From NCBI GenBank assembly GCA_037138055.1, contig JBAXJB010000004.1, positions 9,297 through 73,296 on the forward strand: a DNA stretch of 64,000 nucleotides, written 5' to 3'. Each line of letters begins with the position of its first letter. Positions within the stretch are counted from its first letter, which is position 1. Source of the stretch: Alphaproteobacteria bacterium (GTDB lineage: Bacteria; Pseudomonadota; Alphaproteobacteria; Paracaedibacterales; CAITNM01). A program made the translations under genes and the position numbers. The notes beneath the pieces were generated by a model, which did not search any database, was not told the DNA's origin, and saw only the letters and a program-made list of their open reading frames with translations. Below, in pieces: positions 60,603 through 64,000 of this stretch.

Positions 60603-61687
60603 AGACCCGCCTCTTGAGTTAGGCTATGTCCATATAATTTTTGCGTACCTGCTGCAAATGACCTATAGATTGAGGGAATAAAAATCTTTCGTTCACGTAT
60701 GTGATCATCATTAAGAAATACAGATAAAACCTTAGAAGTTATATTAGGGAAGTATGATTTTGTTTTAAGCATTTTTAAAGCAGAACGCATTGCTAACATA
60801 CCTTGATCATAAGCCGATGATACAATAGCAGCACCAGCCCCCTCTTCAATGGCATAACCCATTGTTGAAATAATAGGAATAGTAGTATTTTCAGTCACCC
60901 ACTTCATTGTTTCATCAGAAGCAATTTCATCGTCAGTATCAAAGCTATCTTTTAGTCGCTTATAACTTGAAATCAAAAGCACATCGTAATGTTTATTAAA
61001 AAATGCAGCAGCTCTTTTAAAGCTTACTGAATCATCAACCATGATTGAGTCCTGAAACTTAACATTTTTCCACGCGTGTTGAATTAAAGTTTTTTCTGTC
61101 AAATTAACAATTGTCGACGTATCACCCAAGTGAGCTAATTTAATGTTTTTTTTTCCTGGAAACATACTATTTATTAATAAATTAAGCTCCTGGACTTGAG
61201 GCACTTCAATAATTCCTCCTACATTTTGGCCAGGTATATAGCCAAATTTTTTAAAATCACCTTTAACGCCAGCAAAAATTATTCTTATGTTTTTTTTCCC
61301 TAAATAAAATTTTGCAGAAAATTCCTGCGCTTCATCACCGACCGCAACTAAAATTTCAGGCTTAAAACGATCAATTGAAGCTCTTGCTTCTATGCCTGCA
61401 TTAATTTTTTGTTTGATTGTATTTTTATTAAGCATATTCATGTAATAGGTTTGAATAAGCAGGTCAAATTCATTTTCTAAAACTTTTTTTGTTCCATTAT
61501 CAAAATCTTTAACTATGTCCATAGTTGGTTCATAGCTGTGAATAACCATAATTCTTGGCTTGCTTAGATTATGCAAAACTAAAAGTCCTAAAAGACTTGC
61601 AAAAACAACTCCCTTTAATATGCTGATAATTGACGACTTAAGTTTTGCAGTGTGCAGATTGTCTACCATGGTAAAATCCCAATCCAC
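60599..61687 (-). CDS. Membrane-anchored periplasmic-binding-protein-like domain protein (ABC_sub_bind / COG2984-like).
   Basis: It has one N-terminal TM segment followed by an alternating beta-alpha PBP-like pattern (IMVIHSY..., ILVAVGDEAQ, IIFAGV). The assignment is from memory of the family pattern. An alternative start is at 61669. Confidence 0.45.
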   Translation of the reverse strand: MDWDFTMVDNLHTAKLKSSIISILKGVVFASLLGLLVLHNLSKPRIMVIHSYEPTMDIVKDFDNGTKKVLENEFDLLIQTYYMNMLNKNTIKQKINAGIEARASIDRFKPEILVAVGDEAQEFSAKFYLGKKNIRIIFAGVKGDFKKFGYIPGQNVGGIIEVPQVQELNLLINSMFPGKKNIKLAHLGDTSTIVNLTEKTLIQHAWKNVKFQDSIMVDDSVSFKRAAAFFNKHYDVLLISSYKRLKDSFDTDDEIASDETMKWVTENTTIPIISTMGYAIEEGAGAAIVSSAYDQGMLAMRSALKMLKTKSYFPNITSKVLSVFLNDDHIRERKIFIPSIYRSFAAGTQKLYGHSLTQEAGL

Positions 61688-63519
61688 TTCCAGTAGAAAA
61701 TTCCAACATATAGCGAAATAATATAAAACATATTCAGTCTTAACCGAGAGCTCTTAAGCTTTTTAGCAAAATCAACTGAATAATTTTTTCCATGTTTCGC
61801 AAAAATTCTGTACTCAGGTTCTTGATATTCAAAAAACCAAATTCTTCCAATGGTGTTGATGATGTAAACAGCTATCCATGGGTTCATACCATTTTTTTGA
61901 AATAAAGGGATAAACATAATGCTTAATATATTTATATTTACATCTCGTGGAAGTATAAATTGCACAAGCATCGAAAAAATAATAAGAAAAGTTGTCAGTT
62001 CAAAAAAATGATGGTTTAAATATTCCGTCATCCACCTGGTATTCTCTTCCAACCAACTTATAAGCCCTACATCATTAGCAGCAAATGCAATGCCTGAGAG
62101 ACCACACATAAAAATTAAAAAGTCCCATTTTATGCGCGTTTGAAAACCTTTATCATTCATAAATTGAAACACAAATAAAAACAGTAAAATAAGCAAACAA
62201 ATAACATCTGGCGGAATACCATGCACACTAACTGTTGCAAGACTGAGAATTGCACCAAACATGCAAATAAATGATGCTTTTTCAGTTGGCGATGTTGGAC
62301 CTAAAATGTCCAAAATATTTTTCAAATGTGCATTACGCAATTTGTCATTTTCTATTTTTGGATAAGATGTTTTACCAAAATAAAAGCTTACTAAAATAAG
62401 GTACCCAAGTAGTAATACAGCAAGGGAACCTAGAGATGCAAACAACCATCCCCACCAGTCAAATTGAGTTGCATATTGCCCCCAAAATAACCCTAATAAA
62501 ACAAAATGCATCATAGAAGCACTTAGTATATTTTGAGAAAAAATTCCTGCTCCGCAGTAAGCACTAAAACCTAACGCTTGAGCTTGCGTTGAGCTGTCTG
62601 ATAAATTACGAATATGAAGCGTGTCATGATAAAAAATTTTCATCATATTTACACGTAACATAAATGATGGAACGCCAAGGGTTAACAACCCACCAATACT
62701 AAGCATAATAAGGTTGTCTCCAAAATAATTTGGACGACAAAATTTCAGAATTTTAATCATTATTCTATAAATGATGCCCGATGAAACCAGCACACTTGAA
62801 AGTCCTAAAAGGCTTAAGGCTACAATAAAATTACCTGAACTAAAGCCTGCTAATATAACCTTTGTTTTGACAATACCACCACCAATTAGTAGAAAAATTG
62901 TTGCCATTGTTGCAACGTAATCTGACATCAAGCGAAAGGAAGCAATGATTGACCAAGCAGATAGAATAGATAAAAAGACCTGACTTTGGTAATTCATGGT
63001 AGTTTTATTGAGGAAAAAATAAACAATAAATGGCACTATTGCCGCCAAGATCCAGCCCAGTCCATCAACCCAAAATCGGTTTGCTTGTGTGAACAAACGT
63101 TCAATAAGATCTTTCTTAAAAACCAGAATTTTTTTTGGATAAAAGGTTCCGATAAAATTTTGTAAAAACCTTTTCTGAAATTTTTGTAAATCTAATTGAT
63201 CGATCGTATCGTACAAAACATCTTTTTTAATTTTCAAAAGCTTACATTTACTCAAGGCAGTAGCTGTAAAAAGATATTGCTCAATACCACAAGGCACTTC
63301 TGTCCCAAAAAAATTATTTTGATGAATGATTTCACTATGAATACTATTTCGAATTTCAACTTTTCCAGATAGCAACACATAAAAAAAATCTGAATCAGCG
63401 CCTTCTTTAAAAATGATATCGCCATCTTGAATAGTTTCTTCAGCCGCAACAGTTGCAAGACGTGCACGCTGTAGTGGCTTTAAAAAGTCCAGCTTATTAA
63501 ATGCGCTTGTTGAATTCAC
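61663..63519 (-). CDS. Cyclic-nucleotide-binding-like domain fused to a DASS/SLC13-type anion permease.
   Basis: The N-terminal CAP/cNMP fold is GDIIFKEGADSDFFYVLLSGKVEI...FFGTE. It is followed by about 12 TM segments with a DASS-like N-terminal region (ILAGFSSGNFIVALSLLGLSSVLVSSGIIYRI). Confidence 0.6.
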   Translation of the reverse strand: MNSTSAFNKLDFLKPLQRARLATVAAEETIQDGDIIFKEGADSDFFYVLLSGKVEIRNSIHSEIIHQNNFFGTEVPCGIEQYLFTATALSKCKLLKIKKDVLYDTIDQLDLQKFQKRFLQNFIGTFYPKKILVFKKDLIERLFTQANRFWVDGLGWILAAIVPFIVYFFLNKTTMNYQSQVFLSILSAWSIIASFRLMSDYVATMATIFLLIGGGIVKTKVILAGFSSGNFIVALSLLGLSSVLVSSGIIYRIMIKILKFCRPNYFGDNLIMLSIGGLLTLGVPSFMLRVNMMKIFYHDTLHIRNLSDSSTQAQALGFSAYCGAGIFSQNILSASMMHFVLLGLFWGQYATQFDWWGWLFASLGSLAVLLLGYLILVSFYFGKTSYPKIENDKLRNAHLKNILDILGPTSPTEKASFICMFGAILSLATVSVHGIPPDVICLLILLFLFVFQFMNDKGFQTRIKWDFLIFMCGLSGIAFAANDVGLISWLEENTRWMTEYLNHHFFELTTFLIIFSMLVQFILPRDVNINILSIMFIPLFQKNGMNPWIAVYIINTIGRIWFFEYQEPEYRIFAKHGKNYSVDFAKKLKSSRLRLNMFYIISLYVGIFYWKWIGILPW

Positions 63520-63639
63520 AAAAATTATGTTGGTGTTTTATTTTATTATGACAATTTTTATTTAATTTTTTATTAACAAATGTGGAAAAAGTATTTTTTT
63601 TCATTAAGGCTTGCGAGTAAGAATATGACTAATTTTAGT

Positions 63640-64000
63640 TTAGTGCTGAGGCAAATAGTCAGGTCGCCTTACTTGTGCAATAAGTTTATGAGTATTTTTA
63701 GGCAAAGGCTTCAGGTCGTTGTTACTTTCTGGATTATAGCGAGATGGTTCCTTGCTTAGACTCATTTTTTCCTCTGTTGAAGATGTCGTCATTTGCACTA
63801 GTTTAGGTTTGCTACTGCTTCCTTCTTTCTTAATTCCACTACCTAAACGAAATTTTTTGTTTCGTTTTTGCTGTTTTTCTTCTTCTTCAGCAGCCCAATA
63901 GGACATTTTAGAAGGAGAAATAGCACGTTTTGAAGATTTTTCAGCCTGCATATCTACGCCTGCATAAGTAGTGTTGACCAGCAAAGCTAATAAAAAGAAT
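63640..64000 (-). CDS. Small basic secreted protein, 5'-partial (the start lies beyond the window end).
   Basis: The frame stays open to position 64000 and reads ...FFLLALLVNTTYA, a signal-peptide h-region, followed by a Lys/Ser/Glu-rich low-complexity body. Confidence 0.45.
   Translation of the reverse strand, partial: FFLLALLVNTTYAGVDMQAEKSSKRAISPSKMSYWAAEEEEKQQKRNKKFRLGSGIKKEGSSSKPKLVQMTTSSTEEKMSLSKEPSRYNPESNNDLKPLPKNTHKLIAQVRRPDYLPQH

Overview
This is a dense, AT-rich chromosomal window with about 60 protein genes and 5 tRNAs, and no rRNA or CRISPR array. All calls come from reading the sequence and ORF translations by eye; no searches were run. The housekeeping genes look alphaproteobacterial. 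They include ctaC-ctaD-ctaB (aa3 oxidase), a ppx-dapF-recJ-dapD-dapE block, mtaB-ftsY, ftsEX, polA, thrS, rlmN, cmk, gpsA, B12-dependent nrdJ with a PduO-type adenosyltransferase, znuA, ada and dksA. Between them sit many metabolite transporters (three EamA/DMT, two MFS, a CDF) and an unusual number of orphan proteins with Sec signals, one of them an ankyrin-repeat protein. That mix is typical of intracellular or amoeba-associated bacteria, but this is inference only. The observations I consider most worth follow-up are these. (1) A 37-bp duplication of the tRNA-Gln 3' end brackets a roughly 0.7-kb islet that holds only a mazEF-type toxin-antitoxin pair. (2) Immediately beyond that islet is a divergent, apparently exported SIR2-like protein that lacks the canonical catalytic His and the zinc module. 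(3) An orphan lipoprotein has TPR repeats and an acidic Asp/Ser linker fused directly to a secretin C-domain, with no pilus or secretion genes nearby. (4) Two tandem signal-peptide-bearing Nudix paralogs have a NUDT6-like layout, and one has a degenerate Nudix box. (5) A translationally coupled three-gene operon encodes a cNMP-domain-fused DASS-type anion permease and two periplasmic binding-protein-like components. I did not recognise a canonical multi-gene defence or secretion system. Coordinates of non-CDS features were counted by hand.
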